Shown: one piece after another, positions 13,119-26,187 of the stretch
Position numbering within the stretch: position 1 is the stretch's first letter
Layout: the number at the start of each line of letters is the position of its first letter
Origin: Minutocellus sp. GHC0000111
Taxonomy: Eukaryota
Direction of reading: 5' to 3'
NCBI GenBank assembly: GCA_977018835.1
Contig: OZ361258.1
Location: 3,720,001 to 3,784,000 of the forward strand
DNA: 64,000 nucleotides
The notes under the pieces: generated by a model
The model's database searches: none
The model's input: only the letters and a program-made list of their open reading frames with translations
What the model was told of the DNA's origin: nothing
Translations under genes and position numbers: made by a program

Positions 13119-16100
13119 TCACTTTTCATTTATAGAAGCTTTTTCTCTTGCATCCTGGGCAATCTTCTTTGAAATGAAATGAACCATTTGGTCGGGATAG
13201 GCAGCACAACGATCGGGATAATCCTGTACTCCTTCACGATGGCGTCCTTTGCTGTTGCGGCACAAACAGTCATTCTTACAGCAGTACTTCTCGTCCTTGA
13301 AAGCGGCAATCAGAGAAGAACTGTTTGTCCACAAAACAGTGTTTTTCTTTGGCAGCGGATTTTCTTCCGTGCCGAACTTGCAGTAGCTTATTCTCAATGC
13401 TTCCAGGCCCAGCTCACGAATAAATCTACCACTTATCGGATGTTTTGGTAGATACCCGTCAGGATTTTCGATGCTGATAATGGGAGGCGCAAGTCGATGG
13501 AGCCGGTTGATCGACTGGTGCTCCAATAATATCTCGACAAGACTATCGATATTATCGTCCGCTTCACGAGCCTCTGCTTCTGTCACGGATCCTGGAATAC
13601 CAAATATGAATTCTAAATGAATGAGGGGGGAAAGTTGTGGTTAGGTTGAATAAATGAAATGCACGCGGTCGAAAAGTTGAGGTTGGCAAAAATAAGGCTC
13701 ACCCTCAGTCCGATAGATCTTGGTGCTTTGGGCAATAGAGTAAGTTGTACAGCACGGGCCAGCCCATATTGTGTGAAAGCGCTCATTGGTCGGGTGTTCA
13801 AGCCATCGTTTGTCTCCATTGCGCCTTTCCATCATGTATTCGAGCTGCTGTAACGACAGATTTGAGACGGATTCTTTCTTCCGGTCGTTGTCCAACGTAA
13901 CAGTGTGCCAAAAGCCAGCCTCCCGAAAACCTTCCGTCATTTTTGCCTCCCCGGAGCAAAGCTCGAGAGAGCAAAGGCCAGCACTGCAGTTACGATCATT
14001 GACTTTGTCTTTGCCAGCCTCTCGGTCTTCCATGCGTCTTTTCTCGCGTTTGGCGGCCTTTTCTTCTCGCCCCATATCGATTCTCAACTCCCGCTCTCCT
14101 TCAAGACGTTTGGCTTCCTCGCGAAGCATTTGCCTCTGGTGCTCGAAGAAAAATGGACCTCCTCGCAGACGCTTCTCGACCTTTGCATCTTTTTCGATCT
14201 GTTTCAAACCGTCCAAAAAGCAGCCTTCTCTCCAGCTGATCAGATTAGGACTGTTGATCTTGCTCATTAGATCCTCCGGTCGATTGTACCCACGCTCAAC
14301 GCCCACTGAATAAGGGACAAGGATTTCCGGTTCTTCTAAAGTAAACGCTTTGCAACCTCTTGCAGCTCCTTTCTTCGCCCACGAATATCCATAAGAATAC
14401 CAAAAAACAAGGTGCCTATTCCAAACCTCTGGACTCTTCGTTTGAATTGATTTCTCAATCATAGTTCCAACTAGCTCGAGCGCGTCAGTCTTGCCGGATA
14501 TATCTGCCGGGCGAAGGATCAGAGCCGGATGATAAACCTTTCCGCCATCTTTTCCTTTCCACGGGACCCATACACAATCGTGCACTCTCTCTGCAAGCGC
14601 TTTCGGCATAGCCTTTTCGATGTCTTCCATGCTCATCCCTAGGCGGTCCTCGAGATAACCTTTCTTTTGCCGCTTGGTGGACGAGCTAGTCGATGCCGAG
14701 TCCGACGCGAACCCATCTTCCTTGGAACTACTAGCATCATTTAGCACCCTCTTCTTTCTCGAGGCTGGCCGTCTCCTGGCCACATTTGCTACCTGTTCAG
14801 TGGATAGAAGTAAGGGTGCTGTTCCTCTCGATGCTCGTCCTTTACACACTCGCCAACGCGTAGTAAACGGTCTTGGATCACCCTGACGGATCCAACTCAT
14901 GGTGCAAGTACCGCTTATTTCGTCAGGGTTACTGCTTTTCTCGTGGCACAAGTGGTGATCCGCTGAGACGATGGTCCATTCCGGCTCTCTATTGACATTA
15001 CCATTTGGATACATTAAAGCCTCGATTGTTTCAACACCAGCCAAAGGAAAGGCGGATGGCTGTAATGGTGGTTGTACAGAGCAATCAAACGATATTCTCG
15101 GCGAAGCCTGGTTGACGACAGCCTCATTTGCAAGTGCTGCTCTAAAGTCAGCAATGTTCGTTTCCTTTCGTGGCGAACGGCACATTTCGCAGGCAAGGAA
15201 ATCCGCCGATTTATTTTCATGTAAGAAATGGCATGTATTACAGGACCAGGAAGTTGATCTATCGCAAACACTGCCGTTGCCATTGACATGACTTCTCTCG
15301 TTACTGCTTTCCCCATCGCTGGAATATCTGGCACCCTCCCCATCTGACCTGAGCTCGATCTGCATTTTGTTACCATTGTCATCAGGTGATTTTAATCCTG
15401 GAGATCCCCCTCGCTCTGGCGATGCATGGCAAGACGTTGTAGAAGAATTGCCCGCGCCTAACTCATCGCTTCCAGGACTACCGCGACTTCGAATTTGACG
15501 CTTCCTCCCTGTCGTTGACTTGGGCGTAGCCGGCGATGAAATATTTGAATCTCTCTTCTTTCTTCGTTTCTTGGGGCTAAAATATTCCTCCGCCTGTAAC
15601 TCGCTCACAGTCTTTTCCCTGGATTCGTCCCGACCTACTCCTACGGCTTGCTTCGCCCTTGCCTCCCTCCTCCTGCCCCGACGCTGTTTCTTTCTCCATT
15701 CCATTTCGATTGATTCTTCGTTTTCTCGCCCGACATATCGTATGTAGCATACATTGGGTATGCCAATGCCCCATCCATAGCAAAGGTGTCGATTGTCTTC
15801 AAAGATGACCCATCCCTCCTCGCCATCCTCATCATACTTCTCATCCTTTGCGAGTTTCGGTCGAATTTCAATGCCCAAATCGTCCTCAAGCATTCCGCTC
15901 ATGGGTGGGCCGGTAGGCTCGTTCCTCTCAATTCGTTTAAAGTCGCAAATGGAACACACAAGAGATTCGGGATTGTCGTTGATGAAAGTGCAAGCGCGGC
16001 ATTGCCATTGATCCTTCCCAATGGTTGGAGCGACAGCTTTGATGCTGTCGTAAATTCGTTGTTGGCTGTCCCAATCGATATCTGGCAATTCCATGGTTGT

Positions 16101-16817
16101 ATTTTCACTGGCACATGCATATATCGAAAACAAGGAGGTCTCAACGAGTGAATAGACTGGGCCGGACTCCAAGTCAGTGGTGTCATTTTCATCGTCATTA
16201 GCATTGTGTTCCAGCATGTCATGGCCTGTTTGGTTGCCGTTCGACATATCTGCTGCTCTTGTATCGGCATCTGGTTTCTTGGTATCATCATCACCATCGT
16301 CGTCGTCACAACCAGAATCCCCCCGAGAGCTTTTATTGCGCGTTGATACCGTCCGAGAGACGTCATCTGCATCCATCGAGATGGAAGAATCATGCAATTG
16401 GGTAGGTTCTGCCATTGAATCCGCAGCTTGCGCATAATTGTCTTCATCATCCTCGTCGTCATCGTCAATGACAACAACATCCTCATCTTCATTGTCATTC
16501 ATTGCAGCTCCCTGCAAAGATGGTGCATGAACTGATGGCCTTCTCTTGCGCACGGCGCCTTCCACGGTGATGGATATATCCCCCGTCGAGGAGGCCACGC
16601 TGCGATCATCATCGCCGGTGGGTGACGACGGTCCTATCTCTGTTGCAGCCGCGGCAGCAGCATGAGGCCTGAGCAGCGCTTGCGTTGCCTCGTACTCTTC
16701 CACGTCTTCATCTGGACCCACTGCGGTGAGACTGCCAAAGGCATCGTCCTCGCGATAGTATTCTTCATCGTCAGAGTTGTTGGCGGCCGTGGGATCGGTG
16801 TTGAGTTCTTGATCCAT
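13119..16817 (-). CDS. Multidomain C5-cytosine DNA methyltransferase-like protein (2 RanBP2-type ZnF, PWWP/Tudor-like domain, MTase); intron 13592-13702
   Basis: ZnFs WQCRACTFIN..CSIC and WSCNTCHFLH..CEMC; CVWVPW..YHPALIL; MTase motifs LELCSG (I), IWAGPCC (IV), IENP (VI), SYCKFG..KNTVLWTN (VIII). The GT-AG intron joins ORFs 13641..16817 and 13119..13586 in frame. Confidence 0.72.
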
Positions 16818-17240
16818 TATGACTGGGAATTAAAGCAAGCACATACATGTGCCAAATTCCAGCACGTGTTTGTGCTGAAAATAAATGATGGCAGCGGAGA
16901 GAGCGACAAAGACCAGCCAGAGGCGAGATATATTCTAATATGTCTCAAATCAGATACCGAATGAACAGACCACTCACTCCAAAACCACGGGCAAGATGCA
17001 ATGCACGCCACTTGTGATGGGATGGTGACCGCTACGAAGCTTTCACTCCACGCTGCTGCCTTCGTACACGCAATTTGGGCAGACGGGCGGCCGGGGGCCG
17101 GGTCACTCATTTCCCCGTTTTTAAAAGGGGGATTTCTCCCCCTCGAATTCTTCTTGCGAGGGCCAACCCGCACTGACGCATGAAGCGCGCGGCGCCACGA
17201 ATTGTTTTCGTGCTCCACTGTTCCACTATCATTTGCCGCC

Positions 17241-19819
17241 ATGAGATTCCCGACGGCAACCATCGGTGCCCTGGCGGCAGCAATGTGCGCCTCTTCGGGA
17301 GGACTCTTCGCCGATGCCTTTGTCGCACCGCCTGCAGTGTCCTCCTCTCGTGCTCATGCGTCCTCGCCATTCTCCCCTCTTTACATGTCGGCCGTTGCTC
17401 CCGACGAAACCTCTGCGGCCCGTTCGACGACGGCAAGTGCTGCAGGAGAAGAACCCGCCGGTCCGACGGTCGGGGATACTCGCGGCGCCACCCTGCTGTT
17501 GGAAGACGTGGCCATATCCCGCGGCTCGGCGCCGCTGCTGCAGAACGTCGACCTTCGATTCGAACCCGGCCAGCGGTGGGGCATAGTCGGGCCCAACGGC
17601 GCGGGCAAGAGCACCCTCCTCGGGGCCATCACGGGGACCGTCCGGATGGACTCCGGCAAGTCCTTGGTCGGTCCCAAGGTCCGCGTCGGGAATCTCAAGC
17701 AGACCGCCGTCAGCGGGTCGACCCGCACGGTCGGACAGGAAGCAGGCTCGGAGATGATGGACATCAACAATGCCCGAGAACGGATGGAACGGGCGGAAAC
17801 TGCCATTGCGGGCGGGGATACGTCGGATGAAATGCTCAACGAACTCGAGGCCGCGACGGAGGCTTTTGGAAATGCTGGTGGGTGGACGCAGGAGCAGGAC
17901 GTGGACAGCGTCCTCAAGGGTTTGGGATTTACTCCCGCCGATACCGAGAGGCCGTGCAGTGACTTTAGCGGTGGGTGGCAGATGAGAATTGCTTTGGCGC
18001 GGTTGCTGCTGTCGAAACCAACGCTTTTGCTCCTCGATGAGCCGTCGAATCATCTGGATAGTAGCGCAAGGGATTGGTTGGCTAAATACCTGGCCAATTA
18101 CGAGCATACCATGGTTCTCGTCAGTCATGACATCAATTTGCTGGAGAAGTCCATCAATTCCATTGCCGAAGTTGCCGGCGGGACGGTCCTCAAGTATGTG
18201 AGCTGCTCGTACCAAAAGTACCTGGACGAAAAAGAATTCCGGGCCAAGTCGGCCCAGGCAGAATACGAGCGCAACATGGAAGAAGCGAAGCGGCTGCAGG
18301 ACTACGTCGATAAGTGGGGAGCCAGCGCCACCAAGGCCAAGTCGGCCCAAAGTCGGGTGAAGATGCTGGAAAAGATGAAGAAGGAGGGAAAATTGACTCC
18401 TCCTGCAGAGGCAGTGGTGAAGACCAATTTTAGGCCGGAGCTGATATTGCCAGATCCACCCAAGGCGATTGGGGAAGATTTGCTCGTGTTGAAGAATGCC
18501 GACATTGGGTATGAGGAGGGCCAGCCGCTGCTGGAGAATATCAATCTCAAAGTGAAGAGAGGGATGAAGCTCATTTTGAGAGGTGTGAGTCACAACAAAC
18601 ATGTTTACAGGGATGTTTTAGTATATCAAAGGAATTCTCCCTAAGGATTGCATATGCCTTCTTTTGCGTAGAGAATGTCCATGTTTTGTATTGATTTCCT
18701 TTTGACTTCTAATGATGTGTCCTTTTCCGATTGCTTTATGCAACTCACGCATTTGCATTTTTTCTTGGTTTGACTGGAATTATCAATAGCCGAACGGAGC
18801 CGGCAAATCAACCTGCATGCAAGCGCTTCGGGGCAATCTGGAATTGCTTGATGGAGAGCGGAGAGAAAATGAAAAGCTGCGGCTTGGCGTCTTTACACAG
18901 GATTTGGCCCAAGAACTCGATACGATGGCCCGTGCAGTTGATTTGGTCACGGCCCATGCACGGGAAGGAAAGTTTGGTGACATTACCATATCAGATCAGG
19001 ACGCTCGTAATGTCATGGGACGATTAGGTCTGGGTGGTGAGAAACCTTTACGGCTTGTGGGGTCACTCAGTGGAGGAGAAAAGGCCCGCGTCGCATTGTC
19101 AATGTTTGCCTTGAAGGCATCCAACCTCCTGCTCCTTGACGAGGTGAGTTTCGTTAGATCTAATGATGAACTCCACTTATTTGATTTTGCTCTTCTTCTA
19201 AAATCTTTGATAATTCATCCACCCTGACCCATTACTTTGAATTTGTGATTGCGACTCTTTTTGTGGATTATAGCCGAGTAACCATTTGGACGTCGAGTGT
19301 ATCGACGCATTGAGTACAGCGCTTAGTAATTGGGACCCTGAGGGAAAAGATGGGGCCATTGTGGTGGTGTCTCACGACCGTTCTTTCTCTGAAGATGTTG
19401 GATTTACGCATGTTGGAACAGTCAAGGATGGCAAGCTAACTCTCGAGGAGCGCGACTTGAACGATTCCGATTGGGAACAATACGAAATCAATGGATCGGC
19501 CAGTGCATCCATCGACTCAGCTGTTGAGACTGTGACATCAGAACCTGAGGTTGTATTGACACCTGAGGAACAGGAGGAGCTGAAGAAAAAAAGAAAGCTT
19601 GCATTTAATGCACCGAAGCGTATTGCAAAACTGGAAAAAGAAATAACCGATGCTGAGATGAGAATGGCCAAGTTAGACGAAGAAATGATGGAAGTTGGCA
19701 ACGATGTTGGAGAACTAACAGACATTCAGAAAAAGAAGGATAAAGAGCAAGAAAAGGTGGATCGATGGACTGAGGAGTGGGAGGAGTTGGAAGAGCTGCT
19801 TATCGAAATGGCAGAGTAA
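17241..19819 (+). CDS. Plastid-targeted ABC-F family ATPase; exons 17241-18584, 18790-19143, 19274-19819
   Basis: Two ABC domains (GPNGAGKST; FSGGWQMR / LSGGEKARV; LLLDEPSNHLD). Signal peptide followed by ADA-FVAP. GT-AG introns restore both Walker motifs. Confidence 0.92.
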
Positions 19820-19849
19820 TATCTCATAAAAGGAATTAGCGAGTTAACA

Positions 19850-21037
19850 CTACTTTGCCATAACAATTCCCTCCTTGACAAGCTGACGAACGATAAAGCC
19901 CGATACGAAAGTCGGCTTGGTATCTTCGAGGCCAATGATGCCATTCTCGGCCAGCACTTCCAGCTTCTCAAGTGAAACCCATTCTCTCGCTATTCTGGTC
20001 TTACCAAACAAGTCCAATGCCGGAACGTCATCCAGACCAGAGAAGCCAGTGACATCCAACGAAAGATAGATCCCATGAATGGTATTGCTGACATTATTTG
20101 TCGAAATGTGGGTGAACATTCGACCGTACTCGTCCAGATGAGGATTCCGACCACTCTCCGCCATGCGTGATGGACGAGTCTCAATCTCAGCATTTAATTC
20201 CTGTGGCGTCGATGATGGATGTGGCATCGGATCTGGCATCTGCGGAAACATGGTATATATTCTCATAAAAATGGCGAGCTCAAGAGGATCAGGCGCATCG
20301 TTCAAATTCAAATATCGCTCACCAGAGGACCGCTCGGAAAAAAGTCCACTCATTCGCAAACTGCCTTGAATAGCGGCTATGCTGTTCTTCCGGTCCAAAA
20401 CATTTTGAATAACTGAAAATCTTGCCGCCTCCCACGAACTCAACACACTTTTCCCCCTTTGCTCCATTATTCTCTCTCGCAGAGCATTGCGAATAGTCGC
20501 CGCATACTCCTCCAGCTCCAAGTCCCGAAGGTCGGCATCATTAGAACTGAACGCATCGTCTATGTCGATCTTGCGATAGGTCCAATCTTCATTGTTGCAG
20601 CTCTCGGCATTGTATTCAGGATACCCACTAGCCCGAAAAGTAGTTGAAAGACCATCATCGTCATCGTCAGACCATGCATATCCCATCGGTGGATTACTCT
20701 TCGACAGTATCCACCGTGTCGCCGGCACGCCCGTTCCCAACCCATACTTGGACGTGCCGTTGGCTGATCTCCGAACGAGTACTTCGTTCTGGCCAGTCTT
20801 CTCATTGCGTCGATGGGCGATCACAAAGAATTCGACAGGCCACAATTTTGGATTGCGTTGGTACTGCTTGATGTAGTCATCGTCTGGTATCGGTGCAAAT
20901 CCGTCGTTGTCGGCGGTTAGATCCTGCGGAGCCCAGGAGGCAGCTTCCGCTCGCAGTCGAGACGGCGAGGTTTGGGAGGAAAAGGCACGAAGAATGAATT
21001 GGAACTGCCAGGGAAAACAAAGGACAAAATAGCCCAT
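19850..21037 (-). CDS. Hypothetical protein, possibly plastid-targeted
   Basis: 395-aa ORF with protein-like composition, hydrophobic N-terminus then RAFSS. No family recognised. Confidence 0.55.
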   Translation of the reverse strand: MGYFVLCFPWQFQFILRAFSSQTSPSRLRAEAASWAPQDLTADNDGFAPIPDDDYIKQYQRNPKLWPVEFFVIAHRRNEKTGQNEVLVRRSANGTSKYGLGTGVPATRWILSKSNPPMGYAWSDDDDDGLSTTFRASGYPEYNAESCNNEDWTYRKIDIDDAFSSNDADLRDLELEEYAATIRNALRERIMEQRGKSVLSSWEAARFSVIQNVLDRKNSIAAIQGSLRMSGLFSERSSGERYLNLNDAPDPLELAIFMRIYTMFPQMPDPMPHPSSTPQELNAEIETRPSRMAESGRNPHLDEYGRMFTHISTNNVSNTIHGIYLSLDVTGFSGLDDVPALDLFGKTRIAREWVSLEKLEVLAENGIIGLEDTKPTFVSGFIVRQLVKEGIVMAK

Positions 21038-21181
21038 GTAATGCTGCGATTCGCCTTCATCTTATGCAACACACTCCTATCGTTGTGTGCTGAGCATGCA
21101 TACTATTTCTACGTAGTTGTGATCAGCACTCGCGGCCACAGCAGTGCCGGCAAGTCAGCCGTCAGCCCTCAAGGCCTAGCT

Positions 21182-21900
21182 ACGAGGTCGCGGACAGCAG
21201 TTTCAGGGACCCGGTTTTCGGGTCTTTGGGCAAAATCTCATAAATATCAGCACAGCACAAACGCACGCAGCAAGCAGCATTTATTTGCTATCGTCCTCTG
21301 TCTTCAAGATGGCGGTGACGGCAGTGCCGACGGCATCCGCTTCACGCAAGGGATAAGCGTGGTATCTCCAGAACGGTTTGGTCCTTGACCTTGGACCGAC
21401 TCGGAGATATCGATTTCATCTTCCCATGCCAGCGTCTGGCCGATTCACCCCCATCCATCGCCCCTCCCGACTTCTGCCAGTTTTTCCGATGACAACCGGT
21501 CACCTCCTCCACCTCCCGACCCCACCACCACCTCCCAAATGCATTGATTCAAGTAGCCATATGGTTTGAGCTCCGATATCGGTCTCCATGGTCCCCATAA
21601 TGGCGTATCTTATGCGGTCCGGGTGACCCCGCGCCAAAATCGAGCGGGCCAAAAAAATCATCACCCGCCCGGCGCGCCCGCCACTCAATGAAACCTTCCT
21701 CATTTCCAACCCACCCGACATACAAACTGTTGCTCTACTGCCACAAAATACTGCATCCAACACCATATTAATGCAAATGGCTGTTACTGCTGCTGCCACC
21801 GCAGCTGATGCGCCAGCATGTCGCCGCTCCCGTCGGTCCGACAGATCTAATAGCAACTTGATAGAGACGTTTACGCAGGTTCTGTTTATTTTCACATGCA
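21182..21900 (+). mobile_element. Probable DNA transposon remnant (copy 2 of the 12850 repeat end plus non-coding subterminal sequence); right boundary approximate
   Basis: Shares ~50 bp with 12850-12900 and starts within a TAGCTA motif. No matching inverted end was found in the window. Confidence 0.4.
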
Positions 21901-22029
21901 TGTAATTGTCTAACTAGATCTAGACATCTTGCTCCGCTCGTGATATTTTCTCGGTAGCATGTCTATCTCATGTGGCCACAAAAGGTTGACATAGCTGTGC
22001 AATTGTTCTTTTACTTTAGTTGTACGTTC

Positions 22030-22583
22030 TGTTGAAGAAAGCATGAAAAGAAAAGCAGTGAAAAAAGCACATGCCACATCGCGAGGTAGGTTCGCCGAGC
22101 GATGTAGCAGGCCGAAGCTTTGGTGTTCGGTTCGCCGATTTGGGAACCTAGGAAAGACATTGGTTTACTTAGAGTCTGACGCTTGGTGCGTCATAGATCT
22201 ATGTCTTTTTATCCGCTTCGTTAGTAAGCTCCATTCTCATGTTTCTCTAGTGCTGGGTTCCATGTGCTGGGAATGAGTGAGCTTTGAGGGCCCTCAAACT
22301 GACTGTTCTCGTGTATATGTCCTAAAATCCCTACGGCAATCAGGGCTCGTGTGCAGGACATATCTCAGACTAGCTGGGGCAGTTAATAATAAGTGTATAG
22401 ACCTGGCTGTGCAGGATTGGCTCTATTAGGCTCTAACGACCATGTCTTTGTAGGCCGAAGGCCGAAGGTGCATTTCGAGGTGCGAACCACACACCTCCGG
22501 GTTTCCTTTATGGTCCGGGTCCCTCGGATGGGGTTTTAGTCCAATGAGTCACGTGAACAATGTCGAGATCCGAGATCCCAACA
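22030..22583 (-). repeat. 3' LTR of a Ty1/copia element
   Basis: On the minus strand a polypurine tract AGGGGGG (22590-22584) is followed by TGTTG(22583)...CAACA(22030), i.e. canonical inverted termini. Confidence 0.7.
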
Positions 22584-24742
22584 CCCCCCTCGACCCGAAT
22601 GCCACGATGCTTCTCTTTTGAATTGAGTCTCACATCGGAGCGATATTTGGCTTGGTTCATCCATTCTCTTTTAAATGATAGCTATGATGTTTATGTTTCA
22701 CTTCGTTTTCTGCTTTATTCTTCCAAGAAATTCGGCAATTTGAAGTAAGCGCGCTCTCGGTGCGGCGTTGTCTTTGCCGGATCCGTGCTCTTTGTCATGA
22801 TGTCGGCGAGCATGTCATCACCGGGGCACCAGTTGATGGTATGGAGTTTCATCTTCGCTCCTTGGCGTACATAGTGATATCGGCGTGATATATGTCCCGT
22901 GTGTTTGGTAAGTTTGCCGTTCATTGACATTCTGCACGCAGCTTGGTTGTCCACCATGATGATGGTTGGTGGATTTGGTAGTGCCAATTGAGCGTTGTTG
23001 TAGTGTTTTGTGCCGAGATATTTCATGTCATATAATAACATGTGGAGATGCGCTGCCGCCATGCATCCTGAGCATGCGGCCATTACTTCGGCTTCACAGC
23101 TGCTCATAGCTATGGGTACCTGTAGCATGGAGTTAGCTTCCACTACTCCACCTCGATAGAATATCAGATATCCTGTGGTCGATCGCCCCGTATCTGGACA
23201 ATCTTGCCTTGATGCATCGGTGAAGACGACAAGTTCGGACTTGATGGTTTCTTGCTTCGTCAGTATGTCATATACTGGACTTTCTTTGATGTGAGAATAA
23301 AATTTTGATCCCCAGGATTGTTCGGAGCGTAGATATCCGAAAAGCCAGAGTAATGCTTCAAAGTCCTTGCGTCCTGGATTAGTACAAGCTTTAGCAAGCT
23401 TGTTCACGATAAAAAGGATGTCTCCTCTGGTACCTAGGGCTAGATATAGTAATGAGCATACAGCAGACCTAAAATCTAAACCGTGATAGTCTTTTGCCAA
23501 TTTAATCTTTTCATTTTCATCTGGCCTGTTATCTTTGCTGTATAGATATGTAGGTGGTGCTGGGGTGCTTCTATGCTTTGGGATACCAAATGGTGCATCA
23601 TCTGGGCAATACTTGCGTAGGAGTACTTTGGTGTATCTTGTTTGGTCGATGGATATGGAGAAGTCTTCGTATTGGTGGATCCTCATTTGGAGGAACCAAT
23701 TTGCTTGCCCATTGAAATCTATATTGAACTTTCCTTTGAGACTTCGTTCGAATAGTTTCTCCACCTTATCATCGGATCCAAAATATAGGCAATCGTCTAC
23801 GTAGAAGATAAGTCTGATCCAGGAGCCATCGGGGTAATATTTGATGAAATAAGTGGTGTCAGCTGATGATTGATGGAAATTTTCGCTCAGCAACCACTCG
23901 GTGAACTCCTCGTTCCAAAACTTACCGCTAGTAGCTAATCCGTAAATTCCTTTATCCAAAAGTAACGGCCTTCCAAACCATTCTGCTAGTTCTGGGAAGT
24001 ATTGCTGGTATCTGGCATCTAGTCGTACGAATATTCTCTTGTTCCTGATTTTTGCTTGTAAATATGCACCGACAAAATCTCCTTGACGTACTCTTCTCTT
24101 CATGGAAGTGGTGAGAGCCAGGAATAGCTTCACTGTTCTTGTGGAGGCACATGCACTCCAAGTATCTTGCCATTCATTATCCTTTTGAAGATCTCCCCTT
24201 GCTACAACGCGTGCTTTCAATTTGTCGAGAAGACCGTTTGCGAGTGATTTTGCTTTGAGTACGAGCTTTGTTGGTATTACTCGTTCGTCGGGTACTGGTA
24301 GTTCGAGCTTGAACGTTTTGTTGTCAAGAATTAGATTCTTGAGTTCTGATTCGATCGCGTGTAACCATGCTTTTGTTATCTCCGGCGGTTGTCTCAGGAC
24401 GGCATGGAATGTGGTCGGCTCCGGGAGGTACATTGCAACCGGATGGTTGTCGTTTTCCGTTGTTGCCGTAGAGAGCGCCGTGAGCGTTGGGTCTGGTTCG
24501 GTGTCGAAGGCATCTTGAAAGACGGCGTACGCGGCGAAGAGATCATGCTTCCTCTTGCGAGTGCGGAGGTTGTAGCGTGGTTGTTCGATCGGTGTTTGTA
24601 TTTCCGATTCTTGTTCTTCGCCGTCTTCGTCTTCGGAGGGCGATCCAGGGGCCGGAAGGGGGCGCGCCCCCGGGGGGCGCCCCCCACGCGTTGTAACTAC
24701 TAACAAATTAGCCATAGATACCCATGACCCAGATATTGTCAC
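22030..24742 (-). mobile_element. 5'-truncated Ty1/copia (CoDi-like) LTR retrotransposon: RT-RNaseH ORF 22715..24742 plus 3' LTR
   Basis: KLKARVVARGD, DFVGAYLQ, LDKGIYGL, FYVDD, FTDAS, SSCEAE, VDNQAA, LADIMTK. Gag, protease, integrase and the 5' LTR are absent. Confidence 0.93.
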
Positions 24743-24898
24743 TAACTAACACCGTGTTGACCTCAGGCTGAGCTGACAGAGCAGTTTGGGGGGCGCGCCC
24801 CCGAGCCCCCTATCGCCAAAGGCCTAATCGCGATCGCGAGATCGCGAGAGCCCAAAAATGCAAAAACAGAATAAGAACGCATGCGCATAGGCGAGGCA

Positions 24899-24931
24899 GC
24901 AGGAATGGAGCAGGAATGGAGCAGGAATGGA
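24899..24931 (+). repeat. Tandem 11-bp repeat (GCAGGAATGGA)x3
   Basis: Directly visible. Confidence 0.85.
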
Positions 24932-24997
24932 TCGCCGACGCCACATTGCCGCTGAGTACTACGAAGCTACGTGGCACCACGCCACGCCACAGAACCA

Positions 24998-26187
24998 ATG
25001 AGAATCATCAACCGATTCTGTTGCTCTGGCTGCGGTAACATGCGATACGTGGACCTGGGAAAGTCCCGCTGCCTGACCGGAAACACATTTGGATACGCAG
25101 TGGGAAGCTCCCCATCCAAGATCGGCGACGAGATGTTGGGGGTGTTCTGCGAGATCTGTCAGGGTCTCACGAGCTGTGGATCCAGCTGTGCAGCGATAGA
25201 GCCATGCAGTACTTGCAGCATCTGGCGTTGTGATTCCTGTGCTAGGCGATGCCCATGCGCGACGCTGAGCCACGACGATTTTGCGTCGTGCATCCACAAG
25301 GCAGCGAATGAGATCTCGGACAGAGGTCTAGAGGGACTCGAGGATTCTCCGGCCTTCAAAAAAGGAAACAACAGCCTCCCTAGACTTGAAGTCAAAAATG
25401 GATGCGGTCGTTCCCAGTGCATGGCCATGTATGGACGAACGCTGACGAGGCCTTTTCACGACGTGATGACGTTTGTCCAGCGCCGCCACCCCCAAGTGTC
25501 GGTTTTCGTGGATATCGGATCCGGCCTGGGGATCCAGGCCATGCAGGCGGCAGCGTGCTTTGGCATGAATTCCCGCGGGGTTGAGATAATGAGGGAGAGA
25601 AGCTCTCAAGCGAACAAGTTGTTCCAACACTTCGTGGAACTGCTTGACCTGGACATGCAGGAAAAGATGGCGCACGTTTCCTTGACGTGGGATGACTTTA
25701 CCCGAGCGGCAGGACCAAGCGGAGACCAAGAATTGCTTTCTTTTTTGCTCGGAGGAACCGACAATGCAAAAGGTACGTCTGCTCCCTCCTTGATATTCTG
25801 CAACAATGCTGAGGACGTTTTTGGTCCCAGAAGCAGAAAAATTGGCCACAGGTCGCTGGACCAGCAGAACTGCTGTGTCGAGCGTCAGCCGGAACGTGCC
25901 TCCTAACGGTGAATGACGTATGCCCATACCTTGGCGGCGACGAGAGTTGGTACAGCAAGGAGAAAATCATCACGTCTTCCGCCGCCGTATCATGGACGAC
26001 AAACCCCGTTACTCTACACCTTGTGAAAAAGAAAGACGAGGCGTGGGTTTGCTCGTGCCGTCACGTCAACCCACTCATCGACGATTTCACTGGCAGTGTG
26101 GTGCACCGCTGTTCTAAATGCCAGGTGGTGCCACTGCCGATGCGAACCAGATCGGCTGCTTGTGAGATTGCATCGACAAAGGTTTGA
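24998..26187 (+). pseudogene. DOT1-like (H3K79-type) SAM-dependent methyltransferase with Cys-rich ends; frameshift near 25865
   Basis: VFVDIGSGLGIQAMQAA..SRGVEI and LIFCNN, then in another frame AGTCLLT and AVSWTTNPV (DOT1 VSWT motif). Confidence 0.7.

Noticed and set aside
11984..13172. ORFs spanning the N gap
   Set aside because: Artefacts of translating Ns.
17229..18602. 457-aa antisense ORF over ABC-F, and similar antisense ORFs over USO1, RIOX1 and GlyRS
   Set aside because: Antisense shadows of well-supported genes.
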